A stretch of DNA of 40,338 nucleotides from a virus, in IMG/VR virus record IMGVR_UViG_3300045988_084902; one strand, 5' to 3'. The position numbers and the translations under genes were made by a program. Within the stretch, counting starts at the first letter, position 1. The number at the start of each line of letters is the position of its first letter. The notes under the pieces are model-generated. The model ran no database searches. It had not been told where the DNA came from and worked only from the letters and a program-made list of their open reading frames with translations. Shown in pieces: positions 7,552 to 14,483 of this stretch.

Positions 7552-8259
7552 ATGGACAAAGCCTATATCAAACTATGGCTCGATTACAGATGCTATTTTG
7601 AGACGCTCAGTGACGCTGAGGTGGGGCGCTTGGTGCGTGCGATGCTCGACTATGAGATAGACGGAGCAGCGCCAGAGTTCAGCGGGAGTGAGCGTATACT
7701 ATGGCCTGTAATGAGAAGAAACCTTGATATCGACCATGAATTCCTTGAAAAACAGTCAAAAAACGGTTCCAAAGGCGGCAGACCAGCAAAACCCAAAGAA
7801 ACCCAACAAAACCCAAAGAAACCCAACAAAACCCAACAAAACCAAACAAAACCAAATATAGAAAATAGAAAGAAGATAATGGAAGATATATCTTTCGTAT
7901 CTAACGATACTCAAGATATATGCAACGCTGAAAGCGTTGCTACGCGCAAGCGCGCACCTGCATACTCTGCAAAGAAAGCGATTGAGGATTATACCCAGGA
8001 TCCAGAATTGCGGGAACTGCTGATTGAATGGCTTGACAACCGCAAGAAGCAGCGTGCACCAGAAACTAAGGGTGCTATTTGGCAGAATCTAGAAAAGCTG
8101 GCTGGAATGGCTGCACAAAGCAATCTGAGTTTGCAGGAATACATGCGCGAGGTTGTGCGCAAAGGCTGGCAGGCGTTCTATCCGATACGTGATGCACAGC
8201 AAGCAGCGCCGCAGCGCCGTGCAGATGGGAGGGATTTCGATTGGCTGACGGGGCAATGA
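7552..8259 (+). CDS. Putative replication initiator/replisome organizer (DnaD-like C-terminus)
   Basis: N-terminus: YIKLWLDYRCYFETLSDAEVGRLVRAMLDY...KNGSKGGRPAK. C-terminus: KGAIWQNLEKLAGMAAQSNLSLQEYMREVVRKGW. The gene contains tandem iterons. Confidence 0.5.
   Translation: MDKAYIKLWLDYRCYFETLSDAEVGRLVRAMLDYEIDGAAPEFSGSERILWPVMRRNLDIDHEFLEKQSKNGSKGGRPAKPKETQQNPKKPNKTQQNQTKPNIENRKKIMEDISFVSNDTQDICNAESVATRKRAPAYSAKKAIEDYTQDPELRELLIEWLDNRKKQRAPETKGAIWQNLEKLAGMAAQSNLSLQEYMREVVRKGWQAFYPIRDAQQAAPQRRADGRDFDWLTGQ
7791..7860. repeat. Seven tandem 10-bp iterons inside the organizer gene (candidate ori)
   Basis: Repeats read directly at exact 10-bp phase: acccaaagaa, acccaacaaa, acccaaagaa, acccaacaaa, acccaacaaa, accaaacaaa, accaaatata. 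Confidence 0.6.
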
Positions 8260-8678
8260 CAACCATGCAAGACCCGATGCAATCCGGGTATTTACAGCCG
8301 CAGCAAGAGGGCAAGCACTACATCATGGGCTATATTGCCGCCCGCTGGCCGAATTTCGGCGCAGGGAAAAAGGCAGAGCAAAAGCGTCAGATGATTGCCG
8401 TGTGGGAGCAGGATTTGGCGGACATTCCGCTTGCGCTGCAAAAAGCCGCTCTTGATGCAAAAGCAAGAGCGGGGCAGTTGTTCCCGCCGTCTTCCCCAGC
8501 TGAACTGCGCCGCTGGTGCGAAGAAGTACAGCCATCCATGACAGCACTTGATGTTGCTGTGTATCAGACAGCGTTTGAATGCAATCTGCTGGATGCTGAT
8601 TTTTGCAGGCGGCAAATCGCAAAATACAACGCGGCACAAGCCGCAGGCCGCAACGCATATGCAGGATGGGAGGGATGA
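8256..8678 (+). CDS. G39P-like helicase-loader-type protein
   Basis: ATGA overlap with the previous stop. The pattern IAARWPNFG...MIAVWEQDLADIPLALQKAALDAKARAGQLFPPSSPAELRR resembles the SPP1 G39P family consensus as I recall it. Confidence 0.45.
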   Translation: MTTMQDPMQSGYLQPQQEGKHYIMGYIAARWPNFGAGKKAEQKRQMIAVWEQDLADIPLALQKAALDAKARAGQLFPPSSPAELRRWCEEVQPSMTALDVAVYQTAFECNLLDADFCRRQIAKYNAAQAAGRNAYAGWEG

Positions 8679-8679
8679 T

Positions 8680-9078
8680 ATGCGGAAAACAACGATTCCT
8701 ACCCCTATCGAGGATGCAGAACAGATTGCCTTAATGCAGTGGGCTGAGATGCAATCCGGGAAATATCCACAGCTGAAAATGCTGTTTCACATCCCTAACG
8801 GAGGGAAACGCAATCCGCGTGAGGCGGCAAGATTTAAGCAAATGGGCGTGAAACCCGGCGTCCCAGATTTATATTTGCCCATCAAGCGCGGTGAGTATTA
8901 CGGGCTATTTGTGGAGCTGAAACGCCAGAAAGGCGGAATTGTAAGCCCATATCAGCGCTATTGGCTGCAAAAGCTGCGCGCCGAAGGGTACGCCGCAGAG
9001 GTTTGCCGGGGATGCAGCGATGCACAAAACGTTATTCTGCGCTATCTGACCGGGCAATACAAGGAGCGTGAACTATGA
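8680..9078 (+). CDS. VRR-NUC domain nuclease
   Basis: Sequence: LFHIPNGGKRNPREAARFKQMGVKPGVPDLYLP...GLFVELKRQKG (D...ExK-type motif). Confidence 0.75.
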   Translation: MRKTTIPTPIEDAEQIALMQWAEMQSGKYPQLKMLFHIPNGGKRNPREAARFKQMGVKPGVPDLYLPIKRGEYYGLFVELKRQKGGIVSPYQRYWLQKLRAEGYAAEVCRGCSDAQNVILRYLTGQYKEREL

Positions 9079-9755
9079 ATCAAATAAAAATCCTTATCGC
9101 CTGCGAAGAATCGCAGACAGTTTGCAAGGCATTCCGGGAAAGAGGATTTGAAGCATACAGCTGCGATATTCAGGAACCGTCCGGCGGACACCCGGAATGG
9201 CACATCTTGGGCGATGCCCTGAAAGCTATTGAGGGGGGGCAAGTCGTAACAATGGACGGCAAAACGCACGATATTGGAAAATGGGATTTGCTGATTGCAC
9301 ACCCACCTTGCACTTACTTGTCGAACGCTGGCGCAAGACACTTATGGAAAGGCCATGAGCTACAGTCCGATAGAGTCATGCTTGGCATTCAAGGCAGGGA
9401 CTTGTTTATGCGGTTTTGGTGGGCTGACATACCCTTTATATGCGTTGAGAATCCTGTCCCATCAAAAGTGTTCTGCCTGCCGCCGTACACGCAGGCCATT
9501 CAGCCGTATCAATTCGGCCATCCTTACACCAAGAAAACCTGCTTGTGGCTCAAAAGACTGCCGCCGCTTGAATCGAAAAATGTTGTGGAGCCTGTTGCCA
9601 CATGGTGTCCGAGCGGGAGCTACAGCCACAAACATGGAGAACAACATAAGGGAATGTTTACCACAGACAGAGCTAAAAACCGTGCAAAAACATTTCCCGG
9701 CGTTGCGGATGGAATGGCCGAACAATGGGGAAATTACATTAGGAACGGAGAATAA
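9075..9755 (+). CDS. Short cytosine-5 DNA methyltransferase-like protein with a degenerate motif I
   Basis: Motif IV-like HPPCTYLS and motif VI-like CVENP. The N-terminus ILIACEESQTV replaces the FxGxG SAM loop. Confidence 0.45.
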   Translation: MNQIKILIACEESQTVCKAFRERGFEAYSCDIQEPSGGHPEWHILGDALKAIEGGQVVTMDGKTHDIGKWDLLIAHPPCTYLSNAGARHLWKGHELQSDRVMLGIQGRDLFMRFWWADIPFICVENPVPSKVFCLPPYTQAIQPYQFGHPYTKKTCLWLKRLPPLESKNVVEPVATWCPSGSYSHKHGEQHKGMFTTDRAKNRAKTFPGVADGMAEQWGNYIRNGE

Positions 9756-9758
9756 AAA

Positions 9759-9977
9759 ATGACCGGAACTCTATCCGCCCCATGTGAGCACTGCCCGGAA
9801 CGTCACGCGCTATGCCATAGCACTTGCAGCAGGTATCTTGCATACCGTGCCAAGATGGATGACATCAGCAAGCAGCGCATGCAGGCTCAGGCGTTGAACG
9901 AAGCGGATGTGCTCAGGGGAGACAAAATCCGGCGGGATGTGAGGAATCACGGCCTGCCGGGCCACAGGAGGAGATAA
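9759..9977 (+). CDS. Small Cys-rich protein
   Basis: Sequence: CEHCPERHALCHSTCSRY. Confidence 0.45.
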   Translation: MTGTLSAPCEHCPERHALCHSTCSRYLAYRAKMDDISKQRMQAQALNEADVLRGDKIRRDVRNHGLPGHRRR

Positions 9978-9978
9978 C

Positions 9979-10308
9979 ATGAAAGCCAAAATACAGCTCC
10001 CGGCCTGCTACAAGAAAGAGGCGGAAGCTTATATTGCAAAGCTTGAAGCTGAATCAATCGCAAGGGTGCATGAGGAAGTGATGAAAGAGCGGCAGGATAT
10101 TGCGTTAAGATCACTTTATCTATGCCTGCTGGCCTGCTATCAGGTGGGGCTTAAGCCGTCCACGCTGGTTAAAATCCAGAATGCCATGAGCGGCCCCGTC
10201 ACGGAAAAGTATTCCAGCTACCGAGTTGACCAGCTGGCCGACACATGGGCGCAGGTTACGCTGCAAAACATCGGGGTTGATGTGGCTGAAACGGGGGAGC
10301 AATTATGA
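9979..10308 (+). CDS. Hypothetical protein (109 aa)
   Basis: ORF tightly packed in the early operon. Confidence 0.5.
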   Translation: MKAKIQLPACYKKEAEAYIAKLEAESIARVHEEVMKERQDIALRSLYLCLLACYQVGLKPSTLVKIQNAMSGPVTEKYSSYRVDQLADTWAQVTLQNIGVDVAETGEQL

Positions 10309-10369
10309 GCTTTGAAGCGCCTGAAAGCATGAATATCAGCGAATCACAGCTGGCGTTTGAGGGACTGGC

Positions 10370-10546
10370 ATGAGAAAAGCCGGATTTAAGCGTATGCGGG
10401 GCGCAAAAGAAAAGTACGTTCAAGACCGGCTGCGGCTGAAAAGGATATTTTGCACCAGCATTAAGCATGTGCGCTGGATGAAACGATATATCAACCGCGC
10501 ACCCAGACACAAAGAGAAACGGGAGGATATGGATTATGACGACTGA
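10370..10546 (+). CDS. Small basic protein (58 aa)
   Basis: Own translation: MRKAGFKRMRGAKEKYVQDRLRLKRIFCTSIKHVRWMKRYINRAPRHKEKREDMDYDD. The ORF fills a gap and overlaps the next start. Confidence 0.3.
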   Translation: MRKAGFKRMRGAKEKYVQDRLRLKRIFCTSIKHVRWMKRYINRAPRHKEKREDMDYDD

Positions 10547-10991
10547 AGAAATCAGAAAAATCTTGAAATTGCATAAAGCATGGATTAACGGAGAAAAGCA
10601 CGGGAAAAGGGCCGACCTGTCCAGGGCCAACCTGTCCGGGGCCGAGAATGTGCCATATACGCCTATGGCATGCCCGGATGAAGGAGAGTTTACCGGGTGG
10701 AAAAAATGCAAAAGTGATAGAATCGTAAAGCTAAAAATCCCGGAAGATGCAAGACGAAGCAGCGCATCACGGAGAAAATGCCGTTGCGACAAAGCAGAAG
10801 TGATTGAAATTACATCAATTGATGGAAAAGAAAAATATACGGAAGCGGTATCTGGTAGAGATGCTGATTTTGTGTACAAGGTTGGTGAAATGGTATCCGT
10901 TGACGATTTTTGCAAAAACCGCTGGGAAGAATGCGCAGCAGGAATCCACTTTTTCATGAACCGGAAAGAAGCGGTTGACTATTGGTTGTAA
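10536..10991 (+). CDS. Pentapeptide-repeat protein with a C-terminal GIHFF domain
   Basis: Pentapeptide-like RADLSRANLSGAENV, and C-terminus CAAGIHFFMNRKEAVDY. Confidence 0.55.
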   Translation: MTTEEIRKILKLHKAWINGEKHGKRADLSRANLSGAENVPYTPMACPDEGEFTGWKKCKSDRIVKLKIPEDARRSSASRRKCRCDKAEVIEITSIDGKEKYTEAVSGRDADFVYKVGEMVSVDDFCKNRWEECAAGIHFFMNRKEAVDYWL

Positions 10992-11004
10992 GGAGGAAAT
11001 TGAA

Positions 11005-11352
11005 GTGAACAATAATTATTGCCCGATTCCGGGCGCAAGCCAGCCGAAAGAACAGCCCCAAACGATAGTGGAAAGAATCGGTGAGCCTGCATTTCTTGAA
11101 CAGCTTGCAGAAGAGTGTTCAGAACTTGCGCAAGCAGCGTTGAAATCCGCGCGGAAGTATCGCGGTGAAAACCCAACGCCTAAAACAATTGACGAATGCT
11201 ATGATGCTTTGCAGGAAGAAATTGCAGACGTGATGCTTTGCGTGAGCGAATATCTTGATTGTAAAGGGCCTGATTATCTTAATTGCGTCATGCTGACGAA
11301 ACTCAAAAAGCATGAGCGCTGGGAACGGCGATTGAAGGAGGTAGGAAAATGA
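11005..11352 (+). CDS. MazG-like nucleotide pyrophosphohydrolase (GTG start)
   Basis: SD AAGGAGG is upstream of the GTG at 11005. Sequence: LEQLAEECSELAQAALKSARKYRGENPTP...LQEEIADVMLCV. Confidence 0.5.
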   Translation: MNNNYCPIPGASQPKEQPQTIVERIGEPAFLEQLAEECSELAQAALKSARKYRGENPTPKTIDECYDALQEEIADVMLCVSEYLDCKGPDYLNCVMLTKLKKHERWERRLKEVGK

Positions 11353-11669
11353 GCAAAGAACATGTGCGGCTGATTGATGCAAATGCACTTAAAAAGCGTG
11401 TTATAAAGGTAATGTTTCGTGATTGTCCAGAAAGTGGCGAGTTTTACGCAGTTGGAACTGGTGACATTGATATTATGCCCACCATCGACCCAGAGTCCCT
11501 GCGACCTACGGCGCATTGGGAAAACGAGGAAGATTTCAACGGCGACCCCGTTGTTTGGTTCTGCTCCGCCTGTAAGGAAAGATTTTTTCTATATGATGGT
11601 ACGCCAGAAGAAAACGATTATAAATATTGCCCATATTGCGGTGCAAGGATGGTGAACGAAGATGAATAA
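11349..11669 (+). CDS. Hypothetical protein with a zinc ribbon
   Basis: Sequence: WFCSACKERF...YKYCPYCGARM. Confidence 0.5.
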   Translation: MSKEHVRLIDANALKKRVIKVMFRDCPESGEFYAVGTGDIDIMPTIDPESLRPTAHWENEEDFNGDPVVWFCSACKERFFLYDGTPEENDYKYCPYCGARMVNEDE

Positions 11670-11868
11670 CCCGGTAAAAATCATTGATAAAGCATGTATG
11701 AGTTACATAATCGACCACCAAAAGGAGAAAAAAGGATTGTATCTATCTTTGGAAAATTGTGAAGGTGGTGCTGTCGTGGTAGCTTGCGACAATAGCACGG
11801 GCTTTGCATATATCGAAGAGTTTGACAGCGTGAAAGCTGCTATCAAGTGGCTTCGGAGGGAAGAATGA
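11662..11868 (+). CDS. Hypothetical protein (68 aa)
   Basis: ORF with overlapping start and stop in the operon. Confidence 0.45.
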   Translation: MNNPVKIIDKACMSYIIDHQKEKKGLYLSLENCEGGAVVVACDNSTGFAYIEEFDSVKAAIKWLRREE

Positions 11869-12104
11869 ACCAAACATTTTTTGACCCAGTAAACAGCAAG
11901 TGCATTTCTTTTGACAGCATGCCGAAGATTTCCGACTTTGGTGATGAGAATGACCTGATTCGGCGCGGCGATGCGCTGAAAGCAATCAGGAAAGCATGTA
12001 TCAGTGCGCATTTACCGTTCGATTCCGCTACGCCGGAAGGACAGCGAGTAATGGATGCTCTATATGCGGTATGGAAAGTGAAAAAGAGAGGAAAAGAAGC
12101 ATGA
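11865..12104 (+). CDS. Hypothetical protein (79 aa)
   Basis: ATGA overlap at 11865. Confidence 0.45.
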   Translation: MNQTFFDPVNSKCISFDSMPKISDFGDENDLIRRGDALKAIRKACISAHLPFDSATPEGQRVMDALYAVWKVKKRGKEA

Positions 12105-12367
12105 CAGTATTTGACGCAAACTGCATCTATACAATCAAATGCCTGGCCCTTGTGTTTGTTGTGGCCCCATGCGTGCTCTTTGCGGGAGGCATGCTGATCT
12201 GTGGGCTGATGTGGTGCGGGCTGCGCATCACCCGTGCGCTGCACCTGCGGCTGCTGGGCCTGCCGCGGTGTGGGCGTTGCCGCTACTGGGCCACCGTACA
12301 GTGCCCACTGTACGGTGGCAATACGCCGGATGATTTTTGCAGCCGCGGTGAAAGGTGGGGTGGCTGA
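12101..12367 (+). CDS. Small membrane/Cys-rich protein
   Basis: ATGA overlap at 12101. TM segment: CLALVFVVAPCVLFAGGMLICGLMWCGL. Cys motif: CGRCRYWATVQC. Confidence 0.45.
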   Translation: MTVFDANCIYTIKCLALVFVVAPCVLFAGGMLICGLMWCGLRITRALHLRLLGLPRCGRCRYWATVQCPLYGGNTPDDFCSRGERWGG

Positions 12368-12528
12368 TGGATATCCTGCTTTCGATCATCGGCAGTGCTG
12401 TTCTGGCCGCGCTGCTGTCCGCCGCCTACACCGCCGGGGTCTACGCCGGGAAAGCCGCTGCCCACCTGGACGAGGACGACGAACCGGTAATTTACATGGA
12501 TCACACGCATGGAGGTGATGAACCTTGA
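12367..12528 (+). CDS. Small single-TM protein (53 aa)
   Basis: Own translation: MDILLSIIGSAVLAALLSAAYTAGVYAGKAAAHLDEDDEPVIYMDHTHGGDEP. TGATG-type overlap. Confidence 0.35.
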   Translation: MDILLSIIGSAVLAALLSAAYTAGVYAGKAAAHLDEDDEPVIYMDHTHGGDEP

Positions 12529-12923
12529 AATATGTTGATAGGCCGTGCGCTTTCTGTGGAAAAATGATGAAAGGTGTTGCAGTTTCAAGAATGTATCATC
12601 CGGGATGCCTAAATGCCAGCCGCAGAGAACGATACAAAAAGAAAATGCTGGAAAAGGCACAAATGCAGGAAAAGCCAAAAGAAAGCAAGCCTACAAAGGC
12701 AACAAAGCCCGCACCTAAAATTAAACAAATCACTGATCCTTGTGAATCATGCAGATGGAAAACGGGCGGGGCTTGTGTATTGCCTCGATGCTTAAAAAGA
12801 GTTGAACAACGGCGAAGGGAGGAATTAGCAAGTGCAATCCGAGAACGAAAGAAAGCAGAAATGGCTTTGGCGTTATCAGAACAGCCGCAGAGCGGAAGCA
12901 CGGATAAGAAAACAGATTCTTGA
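12525..12923 (+). CDS. Cys-rich basic protein (TTG start)
   Basis: Cys motifs: CAFCGK...HPGC...CESCRW...C..PRC. Confidence 0.45.
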   Translation: MKYVDRPCAFCGKMMKGVAVSRMYHPGCLNASRRERYKKKMLEKAQMQEKPKESKPTKATKPAPKIKQITDPCESCRWKTGGACVLPRCLKRVEQRRREELASAIRERKKAEMALALSEQPQSGSTDKKTDS

Positions 12924-13251
12924 TGAAATGGACAGAGCAACGGCAACCACAAAAGCCCTTTCCCCTGTTGTGGTATCCGGGGGCAGCGGAAATAGCAAAA
13001 TCGAAGAAGCCGTTGCCATTATGCAGGAACGCCAACAGAAACTATATGCCCAGTTAATAGAAACCGAAGTAATCCGAAGCGAGATAGAAAAGGCCATTGG
13101 CTCCATTCCAGCAGGCTTGATGCAGGATATCTTACACGAAAGATACATCGTTGGGACGCCTTATTGGTGGATGATTGCCAACAACTTGCACATCTCCGAG
13201 AAGTGGGCACGGGAAAATCACAGAAAGGCTATTGATGCCTTAAAAATCTAA
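12832..13251 (+). CDS. Late-gene transcriptional activator, DUF1492/sigma-70 region-4-like (GTG start)
   Basis: Sequence: LWRYQNSRRAEARI...GGSGNSKIEEAV...DILHERYIVGTPYWWMIANNLHISEKWARENHRKAIDAL. This is the last gene before the packaging region. It overlaps the previous ORF by 92 nt. Confidence 0.6.
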   Translation: MQSENERKQKWLWRYQNSRRAEARIRKQILDEMDRATATTKALSPVVVSGGSGNSKIEEAVAIMQERQQKLYAQLIETEVIRSEIEKAIGSIPAGLMQDILHERYIVGTPYWWMIANNLHISEKWARENHRKAIDALKI

Positions 13252-13288
13252 AAGAGTGCCGTTTAGTTCCGTTCCTACATGTTAAAAT

Positions 13289-13297
13289 TGTTATGAT
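13289..13297 (+). promoter_or_regulatory. Extended -10 element TGtTATGAT upstream of the tRNA/ncRNA island
   Basis: Read directly from the sequence. No good -35 element. Confidence 0.3.
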
Positions 13298-13385
13298 GAA
13301 AGTTCCAAAAGAACTTCATACTCCCCTTATTTGTCTCTTTCCAAAAAGTATTCGCCGGTTTCCATCACCCACCGGCGGATATCTT

Positions 13386-13461
13386 GTTGCAATAGCTCAA
13401 TCGGAAGAGCACCCGGCTCATAACCGGGCGCATGTGGGTTCAAATCCCTCTTGCAGCACCA
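13386..13461 (+). tRNA. tRNA with CAT anticodon (Met, or Ile2 if lysidinylated), CCA encoded
   Basis: Manual fold: acceptor GTTGCAA/TTGCAGC; D arm GCTC-AATCGGAA-GAGC; anticodon arm CCCGG-CTCATAA-CCGGG; T arm GTGGG-TTCAAAT-CCCTC (one mismatch); discriminator A followed by CCA. Confidence 0.85.
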
Positions 13462-13744
13462 GAGTACGCTTAGCGGTGTACAACCGGCACTATGTGGGCC
13501 GTTATCAGCCATATAGAGCCTGACAGGGCTAACCTGTCCGCTGCGCCTGCCAAGATGTCAAGCGCTTGGCAGGCGATATATACCGTATAGCCATATTTAA
13601 GGGCGCTGCGTTCCGAAGCAACGGAGCAGCGGAGGGTGCAAGGCCACCATACGGAACCAGATGCAAGGTAGCGCCTTGCTGTGTGGGCGGTGCGGCTTCC
13701 CCCACAAACGATGCCAAAGCCTGTGAAAAGCAGGAACCGCACAT
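13462..13744 (+). ncRNA. Structured inter-tRNA spacer (possible part of a large ncRNA)
   Basis: Perfect 10-bp hairpin 13545-13554/13565-13574. 6-bp hairpins at 13522-13538 and 13663-13679. A ~10-bp bulged hairpin at 13604-13631. No ORF with an SD. Confidence 0.35.
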
Positions 13745-13819
13745 GCTGTTATAGCTCAATGGTAGAGCAGCCGCCTTGTAAGCGGCAGGCTACTGGTTCA
13801 AGTCCAGTTGGCAGCTCCA
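13745..13819 (+). tRNA. tRNA-Thr (TGT), CCA encoded
   Basis: Manual fold: acceptor GCTGTTA/TGGCAGC (2 G-U pairs); D arm GCTC-AATGGTA-GAGC; anticodon arm GCCGC-CTTGTAA-GCGGC; T arm ACTGG-TTCAAGT-CCAGT; discriminator T followed by CCA. Confidence 0.85.
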
Positions 13820-13876
13820 AGGCCAATGATACAGGTAAAAGATTCAGCCCCGAGCTGAAGTTCCCTGTTAGGCAAT

Positions 13877-13917
13877 CCCTGCACACCTCTCTTTGATGTG
13901 TCCCATGCAGGGCTTTT
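13877..13917 (+). terminator. Hairpin plus short T-run after tRNA-Thr (weak terminator or processing hairpin)
   Basis: Stem ccctgca (13877-13883) with tgcaggg (13906-13912), then cttttg. Confidence 0.35.
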
Positions 13918-14035
13918 GATGATATGTTCCCGACATTTACGCCGGTAAGTTGCGGTTTAGTTTTAAGTTTCGCGCAAGTTGTAAAAATGCAACCGTGAAA
14001 CGTGCAATTTTAACTTGACTGTAATTTGCTTATAC

Positions 14036-14109
14036 GCAGTCATAGCTTAATAACGTTGGAAAAGCAGCGCCTGTGGGTGCCGTTGCAGGTTCGAGACCTG
14101 CTGACTGCT
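14036..14109 (+). ncRNA. tRNA-like element lacking a canonical anticodon loop
   Basis: Acceptor GCAGTCA/TGACTGC. D arm GCTT-(13 nt, containing GG)-AAGC. T arm GCAGG-TTCGAGA-CCTGC. The anticodon position is GCGCC-TGTG-GGTGC, a 5-bp stem with a tetraloop. No CCA. Confidence 0.5.
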
Positions 14110-14435
14110 ATTGTTGGGTCGCTCCCACCGGTGAAAGCCCGGCGCAGGCAAAACGCGATAGATAACCTGAACGCCACATCTGCTTGCGCGGACTCTGTTA
14201 CTGACACCGTTGCGCGTTGTGGCCCCCTTTTAATCAAAGCAGAAACCGTAAACCGACAGACGGGATATAAAACGGGCCGGACGCCGCGTCGTGATTTCCT
14301 GCGCGGGATGTAAATAGAGGAAATCAAAAAAGCGTTGCGGACTTGCTCCCCGCAACGGGTGAGCCCGGCATAGCATAAACCGGGAGGGCGGGAACGCGCT
14401 TTTCCTCCGGCGCAAAGGGGTTTGGGGGGATATAA

Positions 14436-14468
14436 GCCTACACAAATTGTGTGGGCTTTTTGTGTTTT
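14436..14468 (+). terminator. Intrinsic terminator closing the noncoding island
   Basis: Stem gcctacaca/tgtgtgggc (9 bp, triloop), followed by tttttgtgtttt. Confidence 0.75.
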
Positions 14469-14483
14469 GAAAGGACTTGCAAG

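Larger units (their letters stand above)
14036..14468 (+). ncRNA. Candidate large structured ncRNA ending at an intrinsic terminator (class unverified; ROOL/GOLLD-like context)
   Basis: No credible ORF. Stems: 14292-14300/14318-14326 (9 bp), 14333-14340/14350-14357 (8 bp), 14364-14368/14380-14384, and 14128-14131/14139-14142. A terminator lies at the 3' end. Confidence 0.4.

Noticed and set aside
7791-7860. Short tandem repeats (here and at 15252-15323) as a CRISPR array
   Set aside because: The units are 9-10 bp, contiguous with no spacers, and lie in frame inside protein-coding genes.
13293-13896. Several 60-90-aa ORFs on both strands over the tRNA region
   Set aside because: They overlap the two canonical tRNAs and the long hairpins. 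None has a ribosome-binding site, and their composition is typical of random GC-rich frames.
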